From the NCBI GenBank assembly GCA_016861265.1, contig BOLA01000001.1:395569-459568 (forward strand): DNA of 64,000 nt, written 5' to 3'. The notes below the pieces were generated by a model. It saw only the letters and a program-made list of their open reading frames with translations. It did no database searches and was not told the origin of the DNA. Origin of the DNA: Patescibacteria group bacterium. GTDB taxonomy: Bacteria; Patescibacteriota; Dojkabacteria; J137. Positions 41,920 through 50,600 of the stretch are shown here, in pieces. Numbering within the stretch: the first letter of the stretch is position 1; each line of letters opens with the position of its first letter. Made by a program: the position numbers and the translations under genes.

Positions 41920-43278
41920 ATGACCAAAAATTTACATGTATTCAAAAACAGAAAGGAAACATTATTCTTTGTGGTCTTATTCATTATTTCGATTATTTCT
42001 ACTGGGTTGGTTTACGCACTCCACTTTAATGGACCACCTATTAGAAGCGACGGACTAGGCTATTACGTATATCTACCATCAATATTTGTCTACAACGATA
42101 TTTCTATGAACAAATTTATTGATGCCTACTCAAAACACTATAACGATACCCCTACTGATTATTGGAATGGAGTCTATAAATACGAAAATTCAGGCAACTA
42201 TCTGGATAAATACCCCGTGGGTGTCGCAGTGATGTCTTTACCGTTCTTTTTATTAGCCCATTTTGGTACATTAATTATAAGTAATTTCTCTGGTATTCCT
42301 CCGAATGGTTTTACAGATCCCTTGTATCACGCAGCACAAAGCTTTAGTGGCTTATTTTACGCACTACTAGGACTCTTAATTCTAAAAAGAATATTAGATA
42401 AATACTTTAGTTCCAAGTCGGTTTATCTAACTTTGATTGCAGTAACATTCGGAACAAATTTATTTCACTACTTCACATACGATGCAGTGTTTAGTCACCC
42501 CTACTCATTTTTCTTATTTACTTTGTTTATATACTTAACAATTAAATGGTACAGTAATCCCAATAAAATAAATTCAATATTGATTGGTATTACAACAGGA
42601 TTAATAACAATTGTAAGGCCCACAAACTTGGTTATTGTTCTATTTTTCCTTCTTTTTGGTTTAGGCAGCCGCAACACTTTTACGCAGATACAAGAAAGAA
42701 TAAGTCTGTACTTTTATAAGTATAAAAAGATAATACTTATAATAACTTCTGCCCTTTTAGTATTAAGCATACAAATACTTTATTGGTACTTAATAACAGG
42801 AAGATTATTTGTCTATTCTTATACGGATGAATATTTTGATCTGAAAAATCCTCAGATTTTAAACGTATTATTTAGCATTAGAAAAGGGTTTTTCTTTTGG
42901 TCTCCAATTCTTTTATTGTCTATACCCGGATTAATATTTGTTAGGAGAAAACTAAAAGGCTTTAATCTCGCCTTCTTAATTTTCTTTTTTGTAAATGTAT
43001 ATATAGTGTCAAGTTGGTGGAGCTGGTGGTATGGTGGCGGATTTGGAATGCGTGCCCTGATTGAAGTAATACCATTTTTGGCTTTGCCGATTGCAGCAAT
43101 TTTTGAAAAAATATTAGAAATAAGGAATAAAACAAAAAAATACATATTTCTTTTTGTAATAGTAATCTTAATTGTCTTTACAACATACATGATGATTCAA
43201 TACTGGAGGGGATTAGTTCCAATTGACAATCCAGGGATTACAACTGTTATGAATGCCTTGTTAAATAGATATGTTTAA
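41920..43278 (+). CDS. GT-C membrane glycosyltransferase
   Basis: SDGLGYY.YLPS, KYP.G, SH.YS, W..W.YGGGFG.R motifs. Confidence 0.8.
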   Translation: MTKNLHVFKNRKETLFFVVLFIISIISTGLVYALHFNGPPIRSDGLGYYVYLPSIFVYNDISMNKFIDAYSKHYNDTPTDYWNGVYKYENSGNYLDKYPVGVAVMSLPFFLLAHFGTLIISNFSGIPPNGFTDPLYHAAQSFSGLFYALLGLLILKRILDKYFSSKSVYLTLIAVTFGTNLFHYFTYDAVFSHPYSFFLFTLFIYLTIKWYSNPNKINSILIGITTGLITIVRPTNLVIVLFFLLFGLGSRNTFTQIQERISLYFYKYKKIILIITSALLVLSIQILYWYLITGRLFVYSYTDEYFDLKNPQILNVLFSIRKGFFFWSPILLLSIPGLIFVRRKLKGFNLAFLIFFFVNVYIVSSWWSWWYGGGFGMRALIEVIPFLALPIAAIFEKILEIRNKTKKYIFLFVIVILIVFTTYMMIQYWRGLVPIDNPGITTVMNALLNRYV

Positions 43279-43305
43279 AAAATGGAGCCTTTCGACTCCA
43301 TTTTT
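43277..43305. terminator. bidirectional terminator
   Basis: AAAAATGGAG...CTCCATTTTT between convergent genes. Confidence 0.7.
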
Positions 43306-43613
43306 CAAAATATATCAAAAATTTCTCCTAAAATAGATTCCTTCTTTTTATGTTTATAGTGCCCTCCGTTATTGTTTCTGTAGTCATCATCCCGTTTGTC
43401 AAACTTTGGGGAATTATCATAGTTGCTAAATGAAGGCGCATTAGTATTTGAGTACTTTTGCTTTGCCTTATCTTCAACAATCTCAACTAATTTTTCTAAT
43501 TCACCTTTATCTAGCCAAACGCCACCCGATTCAGGACAATATTCAATTTCTATTCCTCCATACGGTAATACCATCTTACGCATCTCAATTTCCGAATTTA
43601 CTGGACTTCGCAT
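43305..43613 (-). CDS. zf-TFIIB-like domain protein, Cys-poor variant
   Basis: IEYCP..GGVWLDKGELEK and KKKES.LGEIFD pattern; only one Cys. Confidence 0.75.
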   Translation of the reverse strand: MRSPVNSEIEMRKMVLPYGGIEIEYCPESGGVWLDKGELEKLVEIVEDKAKQKYSNTNAPSFSNYDNSPKFDKRDDDYRNNNGGHYKHKKKESILGEIFDIF

Positions 43614-43631
43614 AAATATAGTTGATAATAA

Positions 43632-44465
43632 TTAAAATCTTATATTAAGTAATCGCTCTACTCTTTTTTCGGTAGGTGGATGTGTAGAAAATAACTCAGA
43701 CACCCCCTTAAACTTAAATGGATTTTGAATATATAACGATGCCATTGCTGAATTTACCTGCATAGGATAATTCATTGCAATTGATTCAATTTTTATTAAT
43801 GCATTCGCAAGACCTTTAGGATCCTTGGTAAATCTTGCAGCAGTTTCATCGGCAATATATTCTCTACTTCTTGAAATCGCAAGTTGAAGTATTAGTGCGA
43901 TTATCGGAGCTACTATAATTAATAATAATGAAACAAGTGGGTTTTGATTATCTTCATCATCTCCAAAAATTGCACTAAACATTAAAAAGTCAGTTATAGA
44001 ACTAATTGTTCCTGCAATTACAGCAGCAATAGTTGATATTAAAACATCTCTATTTTTTATGTGCGCTAGTTCATGTGCTAATACTCCCTCAATCTCTTCA
44101 TTATTTAAATTTGTTAATAACCCCGTTGTAAAACACACTGCTGAGTTATTCAGATTTCTTCCAGTTGCAAAGGCATTGGGCTGAATCGCATTCGAAATAT
44201 ACAGACGAGGCATTGGAATTTGCATTCTGTCGGTTAAACTTTTTGTCATTCTAAAAATTTCGGGATAATCATTTTCTGTAATTTGTTGTGCCCTACTTAC
44301 AGCTAATGCAATTTTGTCACTAAAGAAATAAGATACAAAATTTATTACAAGAGAGAAACCAAACATAAGTATAAGTCCATTACTTCCACCAACTAGGTAA
44401 CCAATAGTAACCAGTAAAGCAGTTAAAGCTGAAAGCAACAAACTCGTCTTAAGGTAGGATGTCAT
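43632..44465 (-). CDS. htpX: M48 zinc protease HtpX
   Basis: PNAFATGR, AHELAHI.NRD, SRSREY.AD, FSTHPP. Confidence 0.95.
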   Translation of the reverse strand: MTSYLKTSLLLSALTALLVTIGYLVGGSNGLILMFGFSLVINFVSYFFSDKIALAVSRAQQITENDYPEIFRMTKSLTDRMQIPMPRLYISNAIQPNAFATGRNLNNSAVCFTTGLLTNLNNEEIEGVLAHELAHIKNRDVLISTIAAVIAGTISSITDFLMFSAIFGDDEDNQNPLVSLLLIIVAPIIALILQLAISRSREYIADETAARFTKDPKGLANALIKIESIAMNYPMQVNSAMASLYIQNPFKFKGVSELFSTHPPTEKRVERLLNIRF

Positions 44466-44553
44466 TGAGTATTAAATTAAATATTAATACCGCAATTATA
44501 TATTGAGAAAATGAAATTCTTATGAATATTGTTTGTAGGCAAGAACTTTAAGC

Positions 44554-44583
44554 AAAAAAGCAGCATTGCTGCTGCTCTTTTTT
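44554..44583 (-). terminator. terminator after hisS
   Basis: AGCAGCA-TTGC-TGCTGCT flanked by A/T tracts. Confidence 0.7.
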
Positions 44584-45898
44584 AGATCTTAATTTCAACC
44601 TGTTCGCCGCTTTTCATATCTTTTAGTAGGTACTTCCCTTCTGCCAGTTCATTTTCCCCTAGTATAACAACATAATCTACACTCATTTTATTTGCCTGCT
44701 CAAGAGCCTTTCCCATCCTTTGAACATCTAAACCTACTTTAACAACATTAGTTTCACTTTTCCTTAGTATCGAAGCAAGTTCCAAAATCTTATTGGTTAA
44801 TTTTTCATCAAGCACAGGTAAGTAGTAAGACTTGTACTCACTTGTTGAATTTTTAAATAATCCGTATTCTTCTAAGAATATTTTGGTTGTCTCATCACCG
44901 GGTGCGAAGCCAACTGCAGGAAATGATTGGCCTCCAAAAATACCTGCTAGCCCGTTGTACCTACCACCACCGAATAAAGATCTAAAACTATCTTCAGTCT
45001 TTAACTGCCCTTTTCTTTTTAGATAGTCGCGCCTATCGTAAACTTCAAAGACCATACCGTCGTAATAATCAAAACCTCGAACCATTGATGGGTTATACTT
45101 TATATATTCGCCCAAACCTAGGGTCTCAAGTTTATTAGCAATCTGCATTAAATCTTTAATGCCTTCATTCTCTTTTAAATAATTTTGATAAACATACTCA
45201 AAAGCATCTTCTTCAAGGTTTAAAAAGTCTAGTAAGATTGTTGTATTGTCAATTTTTGCTCCCACTTCCTGTTTTAATCTTAAAACCAATTCATCGTTGT
45301 TTATCTTTCCGAATTTATCTAGTATCCTTGTTGCCTCTGCTACCTTAGAGACATCTGCTTTTAAGAAATCAGTTACGATTGCTTCTATTAATCTTCGATC
45401 GTTATAGTAAACAATAAATTGATCTTTGGTAGCACCAAATTCCTTCATTATTTCTATAGCAAGTTGAAGTATTTCAACGTCGGCCATTAATGAATTGCTC
45501 CCAAAAATATCACAGTTTAGCTGCCAGAATTCCCGATTTCTACCCTTCTGAGGTTTTTCATTTCTTAGGAAGTTGGCAATAGAAAATAGTCGTAAAGGTT
45601 TAGGTGAACTTTCATAAATTCTACTCACCATTCTAGTTACTGAAGGAGTCATTTCGGGCCTTATTGCTAATTCCCGTCCTGCTCTGTCAGTCATTACCAT
45701 TAATTCCTTTCCTCCCACATCTTCACCGGATTTAGCTCTGTAAACATCCGCGGATTCTATTACAGGAGTAAGATATTCTTCATAACCGAAACTCAGGCAT
45801 ACCTTACGCCAAGTATCAAAGATAAATTTTCTCTTTTTATACTCTTCAGGAAACCAATCGCTTGTGCCCTTTGGGGGCATATTTGATATTGTATTCAT
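44582..45898 (-). CDS. hisS: histidine--tRNA ligase
   Basis: PKGT.D, RPEMTPS, RNEKPQKGRNREFWQ, RGFDYY.G.VFE, GGGRY. Confidence 0.97.
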   Translation of the reverse strand: MNTISNMPPKGTSDWFPEEYKKRKFIFDTWRKVCLSFGYEEYLTPVIESADVYRAKSGEDVGGKELMVMTDRAGRELAIRPEMTPSVTRMVSRIYESSPKPLRLFSIANFLRNEKPQKGRNREFWQLNCDIFGSNSLMADVEILQLAIEIMKEFGATKDQFIVYYNDRRLIEAIVTDFLKADVSKVAEATRILDKFGKINNDELVLRLKQEVGAKIDNTTILLDFLNLEEDAFEYVYQNYLKENEGIKDLMQIANKLETLGLGEYIKYNPSMVRGFDYYDGMVFEVYDRRDYLKRKGQLKTEDSFRSLFGGGRYNGLAGIFGGQSFPAVGFAPGDETTKIFLEEYGLFKNSTSEYKSYYLPVLDEKLTNKILELASILRKSETNVVKVGLDVQRMGKALEQANKMSVDYVVILGENELAEGKYLLKDMKSGEQVEIKI

Positions 45899-45931
45899 AT
45901 TTTCAATTTTAACATTTAATAATTAAGTAAT

Positions 45932-46056
45932 AAAAAACCCTCCTTTTCATGGAGGGTTCTAATTTATATAGATATAGAAAAGCACCCTCTTTAAAGAGAG
46001 TGAATATGGTTTATCAATGTATTTACGAATAATCTTTTCACATGCATATTATAGCA
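45932..46056 (-). promoter_or_regulatory. His leader-peptide transcription attenuator of hisS
   Basis: TGCTATAAT at 46056-46048; 1:2 CACTCTC/GAGGGTG; 2:3 GAGGGT/ACCCTC; 3:4 AACCCTCC-ATGAAAA-GGAGGGTT plus U-tract. Confidence 0.75.
45991..46041 (-). CDS. hisS leader peptide MKRLFVNTLINHIHSL (GTG, leaderless)
   Basis: GTG 6 nt after TATAAT; His codons CAT-ATT-CAC overlap attenuator segment 1; an in-frame ATG-CAT also lies at 46047. Confidence 0.7.
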   Translation of the reverse strand: MKRLFVNTLINHIHSL

Positions 46057-46109
46057 CTATATTAGAGTTTTCTGGTAAAATCCTGAACTGGTAACTAAGG
46101 AGGTAACTT

Positions 46110-46331
46110 ATGAGATTAATGCTTGTTCAACGAAAAGTGGGTGATCCGACTTTGGAACAGATAGAGCGTAACCCACAAGGTCATGTCGAGCCTGTCGCTA
46201 TTATCGTCGTTAATACCGAACTTACCGATGCCGAGATGAACGAGTTAGGACAATCTGTCCTTGCAATTATTGGCGATAAGCCAGTAAATACCGAGGAACT
46301 AAGAGATTTTTACTCAATGTTCATGGGTTAG
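46110..46331 (+). CDS. GC-rich orphan 73-aa protein
   Basis: AAGGAGGT SD; TGGTAAAAT at 46073-46081; GC well above the flanks. Confidence 0.75.
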   Translation: MRLMLVQRKVGDPTLEQIERNPQGHVEPVAIIVVNTELTDAEMNELGQSVLAIIGDKPVNTEELRDFYSMFMG

Positions 46332-46336
46332 TCTCG

Positions 46337-46362
46337 GCAGGGCGGAGTTTACTCCGCCCTGC
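46337..46362. terminator. perfect GC inverted repeat without U-tract
   Basis: GCAGGGCGGAGT-TT-ACTCCGCCCTGC. Confidence 0.6.
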
Positions 46363-46369
46363 ACTAAAC

Positions 46370-47317
46370 TTAGAGTTTTACTATCTTCGCAACATAAAAA
46401 GCGGTAAATTCCTCGGTTGGTAAAACTCGTACAGTTTTTAATAAGTCATTATTAAATTTCTTATTTCTATATTCAAGTTTTCCGGATTGAAGCGAATGCA
46501 GATTTAAATTAATATCCATTAATTTGGCATTACTATTCTTCTTTAAGAACCAGTTCACAACTTCTTCATTTTCTTCAATACTGTAAGTACACGTTGAGTA
46601 AATTAAAGTTCCATTTCTTTTAAGCATTTTAAATGCAGAATTTAGCAATCCTTTTTGGAGTTTTGAGATATCTTTTGCATTCGATAGTTTCCACTCTTTA
46701 AGTGAATCGTGTTCGTTAATATTTATTTTTGATTCGGTTGTACATGGTACGTCTACCAAAACTTTGTCAAAATAATTATTATATTCCGGTTTTATAAAAA
46801 CTAATCTATTAGCATCCGCATTAAAAACATTTACATTTACTACACCATTCTCATTTAAATTTTCCTTCAACTTGAAGAATCGATTTCTATTTTTTTCAAC
46901 CGCGGTTACAAAAGATTGGTTATTTGTTAGTGCTTGAATTAAAGATGTCTTACTTCCAGGAGAAGCACACATATCCAAAATTTTTTCATTTGGTTTGGGG
47001 TTTAGTTCAATAACGGGCAAGGCACTTGAAACTTCTTGAATATATATTAAATGTTTACTAAACGCTTCGGTCCTTGATAACGGAATGGATTCCTTAGTAA
47101 CCAAATAAAAATTACTAACTTCTGTTTGTTTAAAAACAATACCTTCACGGCTTAGCATTTCTAGAGACCGTGCTTTATTTGCATCTATCAAAGTATTAAT
47201 TCTAAAAGTTTTTGCTCTGTTAATTGAGTGTGTTGCAAAAACTTTTTCAAAATCAGAATTATATATTTCTAATAACTTGTTCTTAAAACTTTCTAATTTA
47301 TCTTCGTAGGATTTCAT
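46370..47317 (-). CDS. RsmB/RsmF (NOL1/NOP2) RNA m5C methyltransferase
   Basis: YIQE.SS, LDMCASPGSKT, D.VLVDVPC, YSTCTY..EENE. Confidence 0.92.
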   Translation of the reverse strand: MKSYEDKLESFKNKLLEIYNSDFEKVFATHSINRAKTFRINTLIDANKARSLEMLSREGIVFKQTEVSNFYLVTKESIPLSRTEAFSKHLIYIQEVSSALPVIELNPKPNEKILDMCASPGSKTSLIQALTNNQSFVTAVEKNRNRFFKLKENLNENGVVNVNVFNADANRLVFIKPEYNNYFDKVLVDVPCTTESKININEHDSLKEWKLSNAKDISKLQKGLLNSAFKMLKRNGTLIYSTCTYSIEENEEVVNWFLKKNSNAKLMDINLNLHSLQSGKLEYRNKKFNNDLLKTVRVLPTEEFTAFYVAKIVKL

Positions 47318-47480
47318 AAAGTATTTATCTATAAAATGATTATCGCTTAAAGTATTAATCTATTCAATAAACATAAAGATTGAAAGTGTTGATAGTCAAC
47401 TATAATAAAGAGACTAGATATTGACATTCATAAGAATTTATTACACACTATATATGTAATAATTTTTTATTTACAAAAAT

Positions 47481-47654
47481 ATGGCAGTTGCAAAAAGAAA
47501 AACTGTTGCAAAGAGAAAACCAGCTGCAAAAAAAGCAGTTAGAAAGGTTGTTGCAAAGAAGAAGACTGTTGCTAAGAGAAAGCCAGCAGCTCGAAAGACT
47601 GTTGCTAAGAAGGCAACTAGAACAACAGCTAAAAGAAAAACTTCAAGAAAATAA
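47481..47654 (+). CDS. 57-aa Lys/Arg/Ala-rich histone H1-like (Hc2-like) protein
   Basis: Manual translation MAVAKRKTVAKRKPAAKKAVRKVVAKKKTVAKRKPAARKTVAKKATRTTAKRKTSRK; TTGACA at 47421; terminator at 47681. Confidence 0.88.
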   Translation: MAVAKRKTVAKRKPAAKKAVRKVVAKKKTVAKRKPAARKTVAKKATRTTAKRKTSRK

Positions 47655-47680
47655 TTTCTTAGAAGTTTTTTTTAACGCTA

Positions 47681-47708
47681 AAAAAATCCCTGCTCGCAGG
47701 GATTTTTT
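47681..47708. terminator. bidirectional terminator
   Basis: AAAAAATCCCTGC-TC-GCAGGGATTTTTT. Confidence 0.85.
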
Positions 47709-47729
47709 ATTACTAATATTTTTAGACGC

Positions 47730-49028
47730 CTATTTTTTGTCTAAACTAAAGTTTAAACTTTGTTTCTTAAACACACCTACTAACCACTTGTGACTTCTCT
47801 GCTCATGATCAATCTTGACAACACTTAATCCTGCAGCCTTTGCTCTTGCCTCTAATTCTTCCACACTAAATAAGTGATAGAATCTTTCCATTTCTGAATA
47901 TTTCTTTTTTTCCTTTTCGTATATTTCACCTTGACCTTCCCTTACAATTACATACAAGACTCCATTTTCAACTAACGAATCACTTATCTTCTTAAACACA
48001 TCTGGTAAATGCTCTTCGGGAATATGATGCAACATATCTCTAGACCAAATTCCTTTATATTTATTCTTTGGCAAATCATAACTAATAATATCTGCGTTTA
48101 TTATTTCAGCATTTGGGTTTTCAAAGCTTGCCATATCAGCAAACTTTTTAACAATTTCTAATCCCGTAACTGAATATTTTTCTGAAAGGACTTTAGTGTC
48201 CGATCCCGGACCGCAGCCCAAATCTAGAACTTGTGCAGGCGGATTTACCAAGGAAATAAACTCATCGAGTTGATCTTGAGCAACATTTTTACCAACATTC
48301 GCTGAATGATATTCAGCCGCAACTTTCTTATAAGTTTCTAATGTTACCTTTACCTTCGGATTAATTACAAATCCAGACTCATCACCTACTCTTGGCTTAA
48401 GGTCTAATTTCTGATACATTTCTTCGAATGATTGTACAAGAGCAAGAACCTGTTCAGGTGTTGTTGCTCTTTTTAGAACTGCCATTTCTACTTCATCAAT
48501 ATACATGGCCTTTTGAAATGATAATATTAAATCATCCCAAAAATCTCCATATAAAATGACAGGTTTATGACTTCCATAATACAATTTTGCTAAGCACCAA
48601 ACCATCCCAAATTCTGAAACCGTTCCGGTTCCACCCTTGCAAACTACAAAAACATCACCCTTTTCTATTAATCCCAATGTTCTCATTACATAATTTGAAT
48701 ATGTTTCGGCTTCATCTGTTAAATTAGCTGTGTTTTTACCTTCAAAGTGAGACGCCAATTTAGGTTCCCAATAAATGGCAATTGTTCTTCCATCTGCTTC
48801 CTGTGCCCCACTTGTTGCAGCTTGCATTATACCGGGACCGCCTCCATCAACAATTGTAAAACCATTTGTTGCCAATAGTTTTGCAGTTGCCTTTACATTT
48901 TCATAAATTGGATCACCTTCTGGTATAGCTGAATCTCCAAAGAAAGTAACATTATTTATTAGCCTACCCTGGTTTTTATTAAGTTCATTATCCGAACCTC
49001 CGTCTTTTTTTAATTCAATATCGAGCAT
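47730..49028 (-). CDS. LOG-family nucleotide phosphoribohydrolase fused to class I SAM methyltransferase
   Basis: GGGPGIM.A and KGGTGTVSE in the N-terminal half; VLDLGCGPG..LHH.P..L..NG in the C-terminal half. Confidence 0.82.
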   Translation of the reverse strand: MLDIELKKDGGSDNELNKNQGRLINNVTFFGDSAIPEGDPIYENVKATAKLLATNGFTIVDGGGPGIMQAATSGAQEADGRTIAIYWEPKLASHFEGKNTANLTDEAETYSNYVMRTLGLIEKGDVFVVCKGGTGTVSEFGMVWCLAKLYYGSHKPVILYGDFWDDLILSFQKAMYIDEVEMAVLKRATTPEQVLALVQSFEEMYQKLDLKPRVGDESGFVINPKVKVTLETYKKVAAEYHSANVGKNVAQDQLDEFISLVNPPAQVLDLGCGPGSDTKVLSEKYSVTGLEIVKKFADMASFENPNAEIINADIISYDLPKNKYKGIWSRDMLHHIPEEHLPDVFKKISDSLVENGVLYVIVREGQGEIYEKEKKKYSEMERFYHLFSVEELEARAKAAGLSVVKIDHEQRSHKWLVGVFKKQSLNFSLDKK

Positions 49029-49037
49029 ATAAGATTT

Positions 49038-49682
49038 TTAAAATTTACTTTCAAGCACTTCCTCAAGCATTCTATACGATTCTCTTACGTTTTGCGATTT
49101 TTGTAAGTAAGAACCAACACTTAATCTATCTACGGAGGAATTCTTTACTTTATCGACAGTGTCTAAGTTAATTCCGCCATCTAAACTAATTTTGCCAAAG
49201 TACCCAAGCCTGGTAAGCGCTTCAACTCTATCTAGAACTTCTTCCTTAAATGGATTGCCCTGCCTGCCTGTTTCAATGCTCATTAATTGGACCTCCTCGA
49301 ATTGCCTGTAAAATTCAAGAGTCATTAGTGGACTATCTAATTTTACAGCCACACACTTAATCCAATTTTGCGGCCATTCAAAGTAGTTTAGAAATTCAAG
49401 TTCACTTTCTTGATGCAAATAAATTCTGAGAGCTTTTTCTTTAGCATTTGAATTCATCAAAAATTCAAGGTCCCTAATTGGATCATTAACCATAAAATGA
49501 AATCCAATAGAATAATGGTCAAAGTCTATTAAATTCATAATATCTATTAATTGCAAGGTTGTATTCTCTACAAAGGGTGGTCTTGAAATATCAATATCAA
49601 CAGTTTGAGTAAACTCAAATTCTTTGATAAGTTTAGAAAATATATTAATATCAGAAGTTAAAATTGCTGGTGTTATTTGCAT
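49038..49682 (-). CDS. rpe: ribulose-phosphate 3-epimerase, divergent
   Basis: I.PAILT.D, HFMV.DP, QLMS...G.QG..F, DGGIN, VGSY; first metal-binding His replaced. Confidence 0.8.
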   Translation of the reverse strand: MQITPAILTSDINIFSKLIKEFEFTQTVDIDISRPPFVENTTLQLIDIMNLIDFDHYSIGFHFMVNDPIRDLEFLMNSNAKEKALRIYLHQESELEFLNYFEWPQNWIKCVAVKLDSPLMTLEFYRQFEEVQLMSIETGRQGNPFKEEVLDRVEALTRLGYFGKISLDGGINLDTVDKVKNSSVDRLSVGSYLQKSQNVRESYRMLEEVLESKF

Positions 49683-49697
49683 ATTAAGAGTATAAAA

Positions 49698-49729
49698 AAA
49701 GTCCTAAAGATAGTTTACTTTAGGACTTT
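49698..49729 (-). terminator. terminator between the hypothetical gene and rpe
   Basis: AAAGTCCTAAAG/CTTTAGGACTTT stem with U-tract on the minus strand. Confidence 0.7.
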
Positions 49730-49748
49730 AAATTTTTACAAATTATTA

Positions 49749-50465
49749 TTATCTAATAGACATTTCTCCATACTTTACTATAACGTTTCCATCGCCTCTA
49801 TATAATACTATTTTGTTTGCTCTGCTAAATGTTGCGACTACATCATTCTCTTTAGCCTCTGAGTAAAAATCAGGATTCGAGGTTTTTAGATCTTGCAATT
49901 CAGTAGTAATAATTCTTAACTGTGGACTCTCATCGTCGTCGTTAGGAATAATTCCAGATTCTTTGACCTTAGCGATTAAGTTCTTCACTAATGTTTCTTG
50001 ATTACTGTTTAATATCTGTGCAGGAGTCGCACCTTCGTAAATGATTCTATTCTCTGAGTCTCTAAAAATAATCATTTTATTAGAGTAAACCACAACGTAG
50101 TCACCATCTTTTGCATCCTTATAGACTTGAGCTTGGATCTCGTTATCTTTTCTTAATGTTTCGGCATCTGGAAGTAAGGTGTTATCGCCTACGGTTCCAA
50201 TTGCAGTAGGAATTTCACCTCCAGGAACTACAGTTAGTTTAGAAATCTTATTTACTATTTGAACAGAATTTAACTGTGTTAAAACGTTTAGTGGGTTAAT
50301 CAAAAAGTACAGAATTACGAGTTGAAACACCACGATTAGTAACATTAGAAATTTTACAGAAGTTAATGCTCTTAAAGTATCTCTACTAAAAAATCTTTTA
50401 GGACTAATTCCTCTTTTAGCTTCACCGTCTTTTGAAAGAGAGGAAAATGTCATTATTGGTTGCAC
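49749..50465 (-). CDS. membrane-anchored protein with a duplicated extracellular domain
   Basis: TM helix; YKDAKDGDYVVVY..K.IIFR...N.II is repeated as YSEAKENDVVATF...KIVLYR...NVIV. Confidence 0.75.
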   Translation of the reverse strand: MQPIMTFSSLSKDGEAKRGISPKRFFSRDTLRALTSVKFLMLLIVVFQLVILYFLINPLNVLTQLNSVQIVNKISKLTVVPGGEIPTAIGTVGDNTLLPDAETLRKDNEIQAQVYKDAKDGDYVVVYSNKMIIFRDSENRIIYEGATPAQILNSNQETLVKNLIAKVKESGIIPNDDDESPQLRIITTELQDLKTSNPDFYSEAKENDVVATFSRANKIVLYRGDGNVIVKYGEMSIR

Positions 50466-50600
50466 ATGAGAATGATTAAATAAGTACGTAACAAATAATA
50501 CATTAAAAATATTCCTCAGACTAGTTATTTACAGGAAATACATTAACAATTTTATTTGTTAACGGTCTATAAATAATTACCTTATCTTTATACACAAGCA

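Noticed and set aside
47488-47793. 101-aa Q/L/R-rich ORF in the track
   Set aside because: Shifted-frame shadow of the ATG-started 47481-47654 gene; it runs through a terminator and into a convergent gene.
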